Shown here: positions 11,248 through 20,633 of the stretch, piece by piece
How the letters are laid out: each line of letters begins with the position of its first letter
Position numbering within the stretch: position 1 is the first letter of the stretch
Assembly: GCA_963696295.1 (NCBI GenBank)
Contig: CAVOJR010000001.1
Location: 960,001-1,024,000, forward strand
Direction: 5' to 3'
DNA: 64,000 nucleotides
DNA from: an uncultured Chlamydiae bacterium
GTDB lineage: Bacteria; Chlamydiota; Chlamydiia; Chlamydiales; JAJFMB01
The notes under the pieces: generated by a model
What the model was told of the DNA's origin: nothing
Databases searched by the model: none
The model's input: only the letters and a program-made list of their open reading frames with translations
Position numbers and translations under genes: made by a program

Positions 11248-12199
11248 CTAGACTGTCCGTTCCATTTTGAAATTTGTTAGTTCAACACCCTTTCTGACGA
11301 TCGTTTGTTGAGTTACTACTCTAAACCCCCATTTTTCAAAAAATGGCTTTGCTGTGATGCTTACTTCAGCATAAATGAGGTGAATATGATGGTTCTTTGC
11401 TCTTTGAAGGATTTCTTTCATAAGGGCTGATCCAACACCTTTCCCAATCCATTCGTGGTGACAATAAACAATCGATATGGCCATTTGGCTCGAATTCAGC
11501 AAATCCAACGATCTCATCCCCGACAGTGGCAACAATTGGCTTGGTTCTAGGAAATTTTTTTGCCCATCCTTCTGTTTCTAAGCTTGTAGTTGGAGCCCAA
11601 ACATCAACCTGTTCTTCTGTGTAGTGTTGAATATTGATTCTGTGAATCGTATTGTAGTAGATATTGGCAAGGGCTTGTACATCTTCTGGGCGGTAGTCTC
11701 TTATAGAGATTTCTTTTTTCATGGTTTTACGGAGTTGAGATATTTGATTATTAAATTGCTGACAAACTGACAACCCCCATGGAGGATTTTCTATGTGCGT
11801 TTCAGTATAATTTCCGTTGGTGTATTCGCCAATTACTCTTCTCCAAAATTTTGTTGCCGCTTCAGAGCCTGGAATTTGCCTTACTCGCCATGGCCCAGGA
11901 TGTTTATTAAAAACAGCAAAAGCCATGTTTTTACCAACCATTTTCTTTCTGTAAGCAGGAACAACATAAAAGTCTACGATCTCAGAATACCCATCAATAG
12001 GCTCAATAATAGAAAAGCCAACTATCTTGGAGCCTTCTTTCCAATAGTAACCAACATTGGGAGTGCGCCAATCGACATCTATAGAGTATTTCCTATCTTG
12101 ATTTTTCTTTTTTCCCGAGGTAGGGGAAAATTCATCTTCATAATTCTGAGCTAATTCATCGAAAATATAAGAATTCGATTCGTTAATCAGTTCTAACAT
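11248..12199 (-). pseudogene. Tandem GNAT acetyltransferase(s); the second domain (YafP-like) is frameshifted
   Basis: First GNAT has FYVVPAYRKKMVG. The second runs GFAEFEPNGHIDC and continues YCHHEWIGKGVG...EVSITAKPFFEKWGF in another frame; the shift is in a T-run near 11466. Confidence 0.75.
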
Positions 12200-12206
12200 A
12201 TATCCT

Positions 12207-12728
12207 CTATGAAAAGATCAGCATCTTTTTGGTTTCTGAAGATAAGAAAATCAGTCTGAGGATATTTTCTCTGAGTTCTTCGATTCGGGCTCTTTTTTCT
12301 TTATCAAAGTTCCAGGTGTATTTTAAGAGTTCCCAGGTGATAGCTCGTAAGCCTCCAAAATCTCTTTTGTAGTTAAACAACCTTTTGAAAAGCCTCCAGA
12401 AACAGACGAGGCGGGAAAAGTGGAAATATATTAGAACATCAGCCCTAGCGAATCTCATTTCAAAAGTCGAAAACGAACATCCTTCAACCACCCAGGCTGT
12501 TTCATCAAGCATAGCCTTTTGAATTTCTATGAATTCCTGCTTATCTCTTTTCTTTCCTCCAGGCTCAAACATGTGCCTGTCCAGGTGGTGAACTGGGATG
12601 TCCAAGATTGTACCAAGCTTAGAGGCAAATGTAGACTTTCCACTTCCAGGGAGACCAATCAGTGCAAACTTTTTAGGGTGAGTATTTTTCATAACAGCTT
12701 GTCCACGTGAATCATTCTCTAGTCTCAA
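12207..12728 (-). CDS. FlaR/topology-modulation P-loop kinase-like protein, C-terminus probably frameshifted
   Basis: IGLPGSGKST, HHLD and WVVEG motifs. Adding one A near 12266 would give the more typical ending REKYPQTDFLIFRNQKDADLF. Confidence 0.75.
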   Translation of the reverse strand: MRLENDSRGQAVMKNTHPKKFALIGLPGSGKSTFASKLGTILDIPVHHLDRHMFEPGGKKRDKQEFIEIQKAMLDETAWVVEGCSFSTFEMRFARADVLIYFHFSRLVCFWRLFKRLFNYKRDFGGLRAITWELLKYTWNFDKEKRARIEELRENILRLIFLSSETKKMLIFS

Positions 12729-13761
12729 GCTCTTGTTCTATTTGCTCAATGCTTGGTAAAGACCCTTTTAACTCATCAGGAAGAGATTCTATGATCTTTG
12801 CTTCATACTGAGATATGCCGATGGGTTTATTGACATCTCGCAGGGCATACTCGGCAACGACTTTGTTTTTTCCTTTGCAAAGCAAAAGCCCTATGGTGGA
12901 TTTATCGTCTGGATTTCTCATTTTGTCATCTACAGCAGAAAGATAGAAGTTCATCTTCCCTACAAATTCTGGCTTGAAATCTGTTGCCTTTAGCTCAACC
13001 ACGATAAAGCATCTAAGCTTGTAATGATAGAAGAGCAAATCGATATAAAAATCTTGTCCTCCCACTTCCAGGTGAACCTGACGTCCTACCAAAGAAAAAC
13101 CTGTTCCAAGCTCGAGTAAAAATCTTTGGACGTGATCCAATAACCCTGATTCTAGTTCTTGCTCATCGTGCTTATCTCTTAGAGTTAAAAAATCAAAGCA
13201 ATAGGGGTCTTTTAATGCTTGATGAGCCAAGTCAGATTGAGGAGAGGGGAGAGTTATTTGAAAATTAGTGATGGCCTTTCCTTCTCGTTTATGAAGGCCA
13301 CTATCTAGCCAGTGCAATAAGACATTTCGACTCCATCCATGTTCGATCGTTTTATGGGCATACCAGATTCTATCTTGAAGAGTTTCAAGCTTTTGAAGGA
13401 GAAGGATGTTATGACCCCATGGAATTTGGCCAACAACCTGTTGGCTAATTGCAAATTCCGGATATTCCTTTGCGAATTGAACCATGTACTTGATATTTGT
13501 TAGAGAGAAGCCCTTCATCTCAGGAAAGGTGGATTTTAGGTCTTTGGCCAGATTTTCGATAGTTTTAGCGCCCCAGCCTTCATCCTTCTGTTTGAGATGG
13601 ATTTTAGAGCCTATTTCCCAATAAAGATTAATGAGTTCGTGGTTAATGGCTAAAGCAGCTTTTACCTGAGAAGTTAAGATTTTTTCTTTAATCTCTTTGA
13701 AGAATGCTTTGTATTCTTTGAGGTCTTTGGTCTGAACTTTCTCGAGTGTATTAGATGACAT
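12712..13761 (-). CDS. DUF1016/YhcG family PD-(D/E)XK nuclease-domain protein
   Basis: LYWEIG, IPWGHN, LKDPYCFDFL, FLLELGTGF, IDLLFYH, VELK and GKMNFYL motifs. Confidence 0.92.
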   Translation of the reverse strand: MSSNTLEKVQTKDLKEYKAFFKEIKEKILTSQVKAALAINHELINLYWEIGSKIHLKQKDEGWGAKTIENLAKDLKSTFPEMKGFSLTNIKYMVQFAKEYPEFAISQQVVGQIPWGHNILLLQKLETLQDRIWYAHKTIEHGWSRNVLLHWLDSGLHKREGKAITNFQITLPSPQSDLAHQALKDPYCFDFLTLRDKHDEQELESGLLDHVQRFLLELGTGFSLVGRQVHLEVGGQDFYIDLLFYHYKLRCFIVVELKATDFKPEFVGKMNFYLSAVDDKMRNPDDKSTIGLLLCKGKNKVVAEYALRDVNKPIGISQYEAKIIESLPDELKGSLPSIEQIEQELETRE

Positions 13762-13924
13762 TTTGCTCTCTTAGTGTAAGTCGGAGAGTGTAGCAGGAAA
13801 GAGCGAAAAATTAAATAGTTTTTACTGCAGTTTCATCCAGTCTAGTGCGTAAAATTTGCGTAATTGAGCTTTACTCAGTGAAAATTTTCGGTGTGAATTT
13901 TGTGTTGTATGTCACTAAAAACAA

Positions 13925-13952
13925 AAGGCTTCAGTCGTTAAACTGAAGCCTT
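13925..13952. terminator. Hairpin AAGGCTTCAG-TCGTTAAA-CTGAAGCCTT downstream of the tmRNA fragment
   Basis: Perfect 10-bp stem followed by a T-rich tract on the minus strand. Confidence 0.7.
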
Positions 13953-13961
13953 AATTTTGGT

Positions 13962-14090
13962 TGGAGGTGGAGAGAATCGAACTCTCGCCCTAAGCAAACT
14001 CCATACTAATCTCTACATGCTTAATGCCCAATAATTTCATTGCCGCCGACGTAGGGCACCTTTGAATTTCCTCTTATTTTAAGGTCCAGA
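13962..14090 (-). ncRNA. ssrA: tmRNA (ssrA) 3' fragment only
   Basis: Minus strand reads AAGCATGTAGAGATTAGTATGGAGTTTGCTTAGGGCGAGAGTTCGATTCTCTCCACCTCCA, matching the chlamydial tmRNA T-arm and acceptor end. No 5' GGGGGTG end is found upstream. The 5' limit is approximate. Confidence 0.75.
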
Positions 14091-14145
14091 CTATTGTCTG
14101 GGAATTCTCTTTAAAATTAGCGGGGAATAGGGTACTATTTCTTGT

Positions 14146-14238
14146 ATGATCGAAATCATTAAAGCCTCTAAAGTTTATAAGCAGGCGGGCAAGCTCGTTC
14201 GAGCTATTTGCGATATCTCCCTGACCATCGAAAAAGGA
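14146..14238 (+). pseudogene. N-terminal fragment of a MetN-like ABC ATPase
   Basis: MIEIIKASKVYKQAGKLVRAICDISLTIEKG stops just before the Walker A, at the palindrome. Confidence 0.6.
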
Positions 14239-14316
14239 AGGATAGGAAATTCAAGAGTGGTCTGTTCTGCGAACCGAGGGAATGCAGACCAGACCACTCT
14301 TGAATTTCCTATCCTT
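14238..14316. repeat. 79-bp palindromic element, copy 1 (33-bp arms, 13-nt loop)
   Basis: AAGGATAGGAAATTCAAGAGTGGTCTGTTCTGC / GCAGACCAGACCACTCTTGAATTTCCTATCCTT, one mismatch between arms. Confidence 0.95.
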
Positions 14317-14456
14317 TGGGCATTGCTCACGCCATCGACTTTTACGGTGATTGGGCCGTTGCGCACCAAGGTTCCAGAAAGCCATTCAGGAATTTCCCCT
14401 GTGAGAGAAAGAGGGGCGTTTTCCATTTCTTGATCGAGTTCGGCAGAAGATGTCAT
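14317..14456 (-). pseudogene. N-terminal fragment of a carotenoid oxygenase (RPE65/CCD family)
   Basis: LTGEIPEWLSGTLVRNGP motif; cut off by the palindrome just before the expected HWFDG. Confidence 0.7.
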
Positions 14457-14651
14457 GATGATTGAAAAATAACATCTTTTAGAAATTAGAACTATGGATT
14501 AAATATCCTTGAAGAGTCATACCCAGGAATCGAGATTCAACGTTGCGAAACCAAAAGTGAAGAGGGAAATTCTTCTCTCTCATGTGGTTTTTTTAGACTA
14601 TCCCATGCTTGTGGAAGGGCCAAAACACGGATTTTGTGATGTTATTGAAAA

Positions 14652-15527
14652 GTGTTGCTTAATCAAAAATATTTTAGCTTGATCATTAATATACATATAC
14701 CAATAATATTTCAAATGAACATAAGATTATGTAACTATCCTGCCATAAATCAGATAATCAAAGAAGAGGCGCCTGCGCTCGCCCTTATCGCGGCTTCCTG
14801 CGTTCTTTCAAGCACCCACGCTATCGCTTTATCCGCACTCTATGTCGGCTACAAATGGCTCTCACGCCCTGTTTCCGTAACCAAAATCTATTCCCTGCTA
14901 ACAAGAGGGAACCTCGCTCCTTACGCTGAAAAAGTAGATCAGCTCAGAGGCCGATCTGATGTCCTGGGGATTGCGTTCCTTCCCCATAAAAAAGTTATTT
15001 ATTTGACAAAACGCCTATTTGAGGGCTGTACAGTGTATCGCGCCTTCGACCTTACAACCTGTAAAGAAGTGGGAGAGGCTATAACCAACTCTACACTTTC
15101 GCTCTACGAGGGTCGTATCATACCCTCACGCGTAATCCATATCGACCACATTGAAAACCTTGCCCCTGAAACGCATAAAAATGTAGGTTCTGTGCTCATC
15201 AAAACCATTCTGCAGGATACATGGAATAAACATGAGGGGCGATTGCAGCTATTTTCCTTCGGAGTGGCGCACCGGTTCTACCTCAAATTAGGATTCTACC
15301 CCACTCTGTTAAGCTTTGACATTTTTGACATCTTCACTAGAAGGTCAATAGAGTGGATAAACCATTCCTATTCAGGCGGATGGATGTACCTACCGGCAGA
15401 AGCGAGAGAGCTCTGGCGTAGGGAGATTGAGCAAAATCCGATTAACAAAAAGGAAAACAGCATGAAGAAAAGATCTACGGAAGAACAAATAACATCTCTT
15501 TTGAGCAAATTTTATGAATTCAGTTAG
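14652..15527 (+). CDS. Hypothetical protein with GNAT-like C-terminal domain (start uncertain)
   Basis: N-terminal hydrophobic segment; HIDHIEN...NVGSVLIK...AHRFYLKLGF fits GNAT motifs A and B. Confidence 0.55.
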   Translation: MLLNQKYFSLIINIHIPIIFQMNIRLCNYPAINQIIKEEAPALALIAASCVLSSTHAIALSALYVGYKWLSRPVSVTKIYSLLTRGNLAPYAEKVDQLRGRSDVLGIAFLPHKKVIYLTKRLFEGCTVYRAFDLTTCKEVGEAITNSTLSLYEGRIIPSRVIHIDHIENLAPETHKNVGSVLIKTILQDTWNKHEGRLQLFSFGVAHRFYLKLGFYPTLLSFDIFDIFTRRSIEWINHSYSGGWMYLPAEARELWRREIEQNPINKKENSMKKRSTEEQITSLLSKFYEFS

Positions 15528-16605
15528 ATCTCTGTCTCTGTTATCTTCATCAGTCGCTTCATCAATCACCATTTGCCACTTTGGAACCTCGCCAACCTCT
15601 TTATCAAGTGCTCCCTTGCCAAAGATAATAAGACCTACCTCTGAACCTATCCAAAACCTCTGCAGTAAAATCCTCTCCCTTCCTTCCATTAGTAAAAAAC
15701 AGACCGCTCTTATCTTTGATAGTGAAACTGAGAACAACATCGATTTTTTGAGAGAGAAGGTGAAGGGGAATGCTCCCATTGGTAAACTCGAACCTTACAT
15801 ACGCGCCCTTGGATCCCTCCTTTTCCAGAATCATCCCAATCATCCCAATCATCCCAATCATTCCAATCATCCCGATTATTCCGATAAAACAGAAATTAAA
15901 AACTGGCTGCGTCTTCACAAAGCCCAGCTACGCAAGCCAAACTCCTTTCTGGATTCTCTAACTCAGGAACAGAAAGAAGCACTCTGCAATCCGTCTAAGC
16001 CCATAACCGCCATTGCCGGACCTCTCCATGAACTTGGGGGAGGGGCACGGGGTGTAGTTTATCGGGCGCAGGTGGGCGGTCGGACTTTGGCATTAAAAGT
16101 GGGTGAAGTGAAGGACGATTATTGGCGAGGAGAAGGACTTGTCCATCAGCGTATTGTTGAGGTTTTGACGATGGTGGAGAAGGAAAAAAACGATTTCCTC
16201 TTTATGGAATATGTTCACGGTGAAACTTTTGGAGAAATCCTGGAACATATAGAGCCGAGGGAGATGCTTCGCTATGCGGCGCAGGCGGCCGGGGTTTTTT
16301 CCGATCTGCAGGGGATGGGTCTGTATTATTCGGAATTTCATGACAATAATGTGATGAGGTGCAACGGTTCGCTGAAGCTTATTGATGCTGGTTCTTTAGT
16401 TAGAGTTGTCGAAAACTCTAAAATTGTAGATGTGGCGGCAGATATTCGCGCGTTGCTATTCCGCTACCTCGATAGGCGCAGTCACCCGCTTAAAAGCGAT
16501 ACGGAAAAGCAACTTGAAAGCTTCAGAAAAAGACTCGTTTGGAAAGGGGACGATGAGGAAATTAGGAAGGCCGTGGAAGAGCTTGCACACCTTGAGGGTT
16601 GTTAA
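15514..16605 (+). CDS. Protein kinase-like protein with a Ser-rich N-terminus
   Basis: LGGGARGVVY glycine loop, ALK, FMEYVHG, YSEFHDNN catalytic loop and LIDAG. Confidence 0.7.
   Translation: MNSVRSLSLLSSSVASSITICHFGTSPTSLSSAPLPKIIRPTSEPIQNLCSKILSLPSISKKQTALIFDSETENNIDFLREKVKGNAPIGKLEPYIRALGSLLFQNHPNHPNHPNHSNHPDYSDKTEIKNWLRLHKAQLRKPNSFLDSLTQEQKEALCNPSKPITAIAGPLHELGGGARGVVYRAQVGGRTLALKVGEVKDDYWRGEGLVHQRIVEVLTMVEKEKNDFLFMEYVHGETFGEILEHIEPREMLRYAAQAAGVFSDLQGMGLYYSEFHDNNVMRCNGSLKLIDAGSLVRVVENSKIVDVAADIRALLFRYLDRRSHPLKSDTEKQLESFRKRLVWKGDDEEIRKAVEELAHLEGC
15829..15885 (+). repeat. 9-bp tandem repeat (AATCATCCC)n encoding NHP repeats
   Basis: About five to six imperfect units, in frame in the kinase-like ORF. 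Confidence 0.9.
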
Positions 16606-16874
16606 TCTGTGTTAGTCTCGGCCGCAAGCGGGAGTGATCGGGGTCATTTGATGCTGCATGCGATTTACGCTGGTTTAGGGGGAATGTGTGTTTTAACCGC
16701 CTGTGTCGATCTTCAAAATCCATACGGAAACGTTAGTATGCAGGCGAGGGTTGTGCGGGCCAGCTCAAAGCTTTTAGATAATTAAATATTAAGTTTTGCT
16801 GTCGCGGGAAGTAATTCTGATGATCTGCACTCGAAAGTGTAGCGTCATAATCCTTATAGAATTATAATACACAC

Positions 16875-17771
16875 ATGCAAATTTATCCCTTTTTACGGGC
16901 AAGAAAAGTGAAGCCCAACGCTCACGACGGCTACTTTGCCGAGCCGAAATCTCTCGGAGAGGCGGGCCTGAGCGCTATCCTCGACCAAGGGAAAGCGTGG
17001 AACAAGCAGCTGCAGCGCACGTTGCAAAATGGGGGCGCGGTCCTGTTTCCCCATACTTTCTTAAGCAAGTGCGGGTATCAGATCGCGGCTGCGGTACACG
17101 CCATTTTGGATAGTGGAGCGGATCAAGCTCTGCTGCTGGGCGTTTTACACCCGATGTCTGAATCCTTAATGGCCGCGCGCACCAAAGAGCTGAATAATGA
17201 GGACATCTCGTCCGAAATTTCCAGAGGGGTATTTGAGCCGGGCCATGAATGTCTCAATAAGGAATTTTCGCTGGCCCTTTTCCATATCCTCTTTGACTTT
17301 GAAGTGAAGCGGAGGGGGATAAAGCCGCCCAGGCTGATCGAACGCTACCCGAGTCTGGTAAATAAAGACCCGAGTACGCTGCCGGGGATCAAAGAGCTGC
17401 AGGTGATCGCCAAGGATTCTGTAATCGTTGCCACTGATGACATGTGCCACCATGGCGTTGGCTATGGCGTTCCTGAGGAGAAAGCGCTTCCCATGAATGC
17501 AGAGGGGCTCCTTTTTGCGCGAAAGATGATCGAAGAGGGCTATGCGCTGCTGCAAAAAAACGATTTTTACGGCTATTTCTATCACTGGATGAATCCGCTC
17601 GCCATCGGCGACCCGACAGACACGGCGATTGTTTTAAAGTACCTTCTCGGCGCTGTTTCACCGAAGATCATAGACTTGAAACTCGTTGACGTTTCGCCTC
17701 TTTTCGAAAATGAGATCTCCCCTAGTTGGGTGGCGACCACCCTTGTCGCCTTCGAAAAAGTTAAATCTTAA
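16875..17771 (+). CDS. Distant MEMO1/AmmeMemoRadiSam-B-like (LigB-fold) protein
   Basis: FPHT, LLGVLH, EFSL and ATDDMCHHGVGYG resemble the MEMO motifs PHAG, GxxH, EHS and SSDxxHYG. Confidence 0.5.
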   Translation: MQIYPFLRARKVKPNAHDGYFAEPKSLGEAGLSAILDQGKAWNKQLQRTLQNGGAVLFPHTFLSKCGYQIAAAVHAILDSGADQALLLGVLHPMSESLMAARTKELNNEDISSEISRGVFEPGHECLNKEFSLALFHILFDFEVKRRGIKPPRLIERYPSLVNKDPSTLPGIKELQVIAKDSVIVATDDMCHHGVGYGVPEEKALPMNAEGLLFARKMIEEGYALLQKNDFYGYFYHWMNPLAIGDPTDTAIVLKYLLGAVSPKIIDLKLVDVSPLFENEISPSWVATTLVAFEKVKS

Positions 17772-17794
17772 CTTTGTGAAATCCCCTGCGCTCT

Positions 17795-18045
17795 TTCAAC
17801 TCATGGAGTTTTCAGCACTGAAGGGGGGCAATTATTGTTTCACGAAGCCTGTCTAACTCCGGATGACATAGCAGATACTCAAGACGGCATACAGAAACGA
17901 GTTCTTAAATATTTTGGCAAAAGAAATTTTTTTGACAAAGAAACGATTGAAAGGATGCTATCTTATGAAAACAGCGGTTTTTCTCTAAATGCCAATGTAC
18001 GCATTCCATCATGGGATCGAGAAGGATTTGAACGATTGATAAGGG
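17795..18045 (+). mobile_element. IS91-family (Y2/HUH) transposase fragment
   Basis: GVFS...IQKRVLKYF...SGFSLNANVRIPSWDREGFERLIR is the region just before the Y2 motif. The DNA recurs near-identically at about 24630-24760. Confidence 0.75.
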
Positions 18046-18062
18046 GAGAAAGGGCCTTGTCT

Positions 18063-18736
18063 ACCATTTTTTATAAAAGAAACATACCACTCGATGGTCT
18101 TTTCCAGGCCTTCAGTGATGGAGTGGTCGGGTCGCCAGCCGATCTCTTTAGTGATTTTGGCATGGTCGATCGCATAGCGCGCATCGTGATCGTGCCCGGG
18201 GCGGTCTCGCACAAATGTGATGAGATGCTCGAGTGAGGGGAAGGCTAGGCGTAGGATTTCTTTGACTAAGTCGATATTTTTCCACTCTTGATCGCCCCCG
18301 ATGGCGTAGGTTTATTTGCCGCAGAGGAGGAGGAGGTAGAGGGCTTTCCGTGATCCTCGACAAAGAGCCAGTCGCGCACATTTTGGCCATTGCCGTAGAT
18401 GGGAATTGGCTTTTCTTCGAGGCAGCAGCTGATGGTCAGCGGAATGAGTTTTTCCCTGTGTTGGCAGGGGCCGTAATTGTTGCTGCAGTGGGAAATGCAG
18501 GTGGAGAGGTTATAGGTGTGGCCGTGGGCGCGCACGAGATGATCGGAAGCGGCTTTGGAAGCGGAGTAGGGGGAATTGGGGCGGTAGGGGGAGGATTCGT
18601 TAAACTTGCCAAAGAGAATTGAACCATACACTTCATCCGTTGAAACGTGGTGGAAGTGGATATGGGGATTTCTTCTCACCACTTCCAAAAGGTGAAAGGT
18701 ACCGTTTACGTTGGTCTCGATGAAGGCAAGCCCCAA
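18063..18736 (-). pseudogene. rfbB: dTDP-glucose 4,6-dehydratase fragment (no N-terminus, frameshifted)
   Basis: [25 protein letters not shown] and [15 protein letters not shown]...RYAID lies in another frame. Confidence 0.85.
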
Positions 18737-18811
18737 TATTAATATTTTTTTAAGATTTTTACAAAATAATTATCTTCCATATATTTAAAATAATGTTTTA
18801 TAATATGAGTA

Positions 18812-19207
18812 ATGATTTATAATCCTATTACCAGGAGGTATTTTATGGAAGCAAAAGGACTTGGCCCTTCATCTTCATTCAATCACTGGGATACCCTTTC
18901 GGTAGGAGTTGCCTTAAGAATGGACAGGAGTAAAGTGAGTTCATTATTGGAAAAAGAGGACTCTGCGCTTCGAGCACCCCTCCAGGAACTTTCTTATGCT
19001 TACGAAGCCCAACATGATGGTGGTATGAATCAAGCCAGATCTGATAAAGCTCAGGAGGCAGGGGCAGAAAAAGTTTATACGGTGCTTAAAGAAAAGGGAT
19101 ATGACAACATTGTGGAAGCGATAAACAAGTTAGGGGTTGACGGGATAAAAGAGATAGTCCTTAAAGAAGGAGCGATGGGAATGAGAGATTTTTATAAAAC
19201 GCATTGA
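18812..19207 (+). CDS. Hypothetical protein
   Basis: Open ORF; AGGAGG RBS precedes an internal ATG at about 18845. Confidence 0.55.
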   Translation: MIYNPITRRYFMEAKGLGPSSSFNHWDTLSVGVALRMDRSKVSSLLEKEDSALRAPLQELSYAYEAQHDGGMNQARSDKAQEAGAEKVYTVLKEKGYDNIVEAINKLGVDGIKEIVLKEGAMGMRDFYKTH

Positions 19208-19924
19208 AGCACAACAAGCTTTGCAGGAAAGTTAATCATCGTTAATGGTATGCAACTAAAAACTGAAGTCGATGTTCCCGCAAAATAACAGGCGCCGTCG
19301 ATATCAAGATGCCTGATATGATGATGGTATTGGTTGGAGATGCGGATCTGCCCTCCAAAAGTGCGCCCTAAATGCAGATTGATCTTACACCCCGGACGCC
19401 ACTGATAATTTAGGGCAAATTCAGGGCGATACTAGCACTGGATGATCTCGAAAATCCCGATCTCTCCTCACGCGAAGCTAAGGTGCTCTCTTGCTGAAGT
19501 CGGCCGAATTTCTCTTTCTGGAAGCAGGAAAAAATGAGATCAAGAAAGAAAGAGTGCCAAATTGGGAAAACACCCGGAGATCGCGGATTTTCCAGAGTTA
19601 AAATCGCTTATAGAGGAAAGGTTAAAGCAGTGACTTTCGCTTGTCGACCTGCAATTTTTCGCTGATGAGCTGCTGAATCGTCTCCAAAACTTGGGCTTGC
19701 GTCAGACTGCCTGAGGAGTACGCATCTGGTCTCTCGACGTTCAGGGGAAATGTTAAATCTCTTTTTCAGCTTTAAAACAACATAATCAATTTTCTCAGAA
19801 TTAAGGGGATAATTGATATTTGCTTTAATCGCTTTCAATTCTCTTGGGGTATATTCAAAAAATTTCTCCTCAAGATGGGCATAGATATGTGATCGACGTC
19901 GATACTGCCATATTCTATATCCTT

Positions 19925-20560
19925 TTAATTCATTCCCTATCCACGGCGTCACCGACGACATTATCATGGCATTTTCGCTCCCAACTCCCCAGTAAGAAAA
20001 AAGATTGTGATAAAAAAGCCGCGAATCAACCCACCTCAGCATGTTCGAGAAATAGTGGAGAAGGTAGAAAAAGTATCATTCAATTGGAGTAAACTGATTG
20101 CCCTGTATTTATGAAACTAATCCGCTAATTTGCGGCTGGCAGGGAGATTAAAATTACCGGCTTTGTCACAAACTCTCTTGATATCCGGCGTATTTTAAGC
20201 GGCGGCCGACTCAAATCCCGGAGTTTGATCCACCTTACAACTTTTCTGATAAAGAGATCTGCCAGTTAATACCGGGAACTGCGGATGGATTCCCCGAAGA
20301 GGCCTTCTATTTTCTGGAAGAGCGAGGCTCCCTTCTTAGAAATATACGATCCTCCCCACTCTGAGGATAGCTGCGAACCACCACTCTGGATTGATTAAAC
20401 TTTAAGAGAAAATGACCACTATCAGCAGTGGAATAGAACTCTCTATTTCAAAAATAATTGCTTTTCCAAAAATAACACCTCCAAACGGCTAATTTGCATC
20501 AAAAACGGTAGAGATTTGGCGAATTTATAATGTATTTGTAACAAAAAAGGGCGCAAAGGG
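19925..20560 (+). mobile_element. Degenerate IS91-family transposase C-terminus plus downstream non-coding end
   Basis: Across frames: IPYPRRHRRHYHGIFAPNSP, WSKLI..IYETNPLICG, IKITGFVT and PEFDPP; ends in palindrome copy 2. Confidence 0.75.
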
Positions 20561-20633
20561 AGGAAATTCAAGAGTGGTCTGGTCTGCGAACCGAGGGAAT
20601 GCAGACCAGATCACTCTTGAATTTCCTATCCTT
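20561..20633. repeat. Palindromic element, copy 2
   Basis: AGGAAATTCAAGAGTGGTCTGGTCTGC-GAACCGAGGGAAT-GCAGACCAGATCACTCTTGAATTTCCTATCCTT. Confidence 0.95.

Noticed and set aside
13800..14140. Complete tRNA or permuted two-piece tmRNA
   Set aside because: No anticodon or D arm, and no GGGG 5' piece on either side of the acceptor end.
17835..18236. 133-aa ORF as an intact gene
   Set aside because: Transposase fragment reading into the antisense of the rfbB remnant.
19608..20042. 144-aa minus-strand ORF as a real gene
   Set aside because: Its 5' part is antisense to the IS91 remnant; at most a chimeric fragment.
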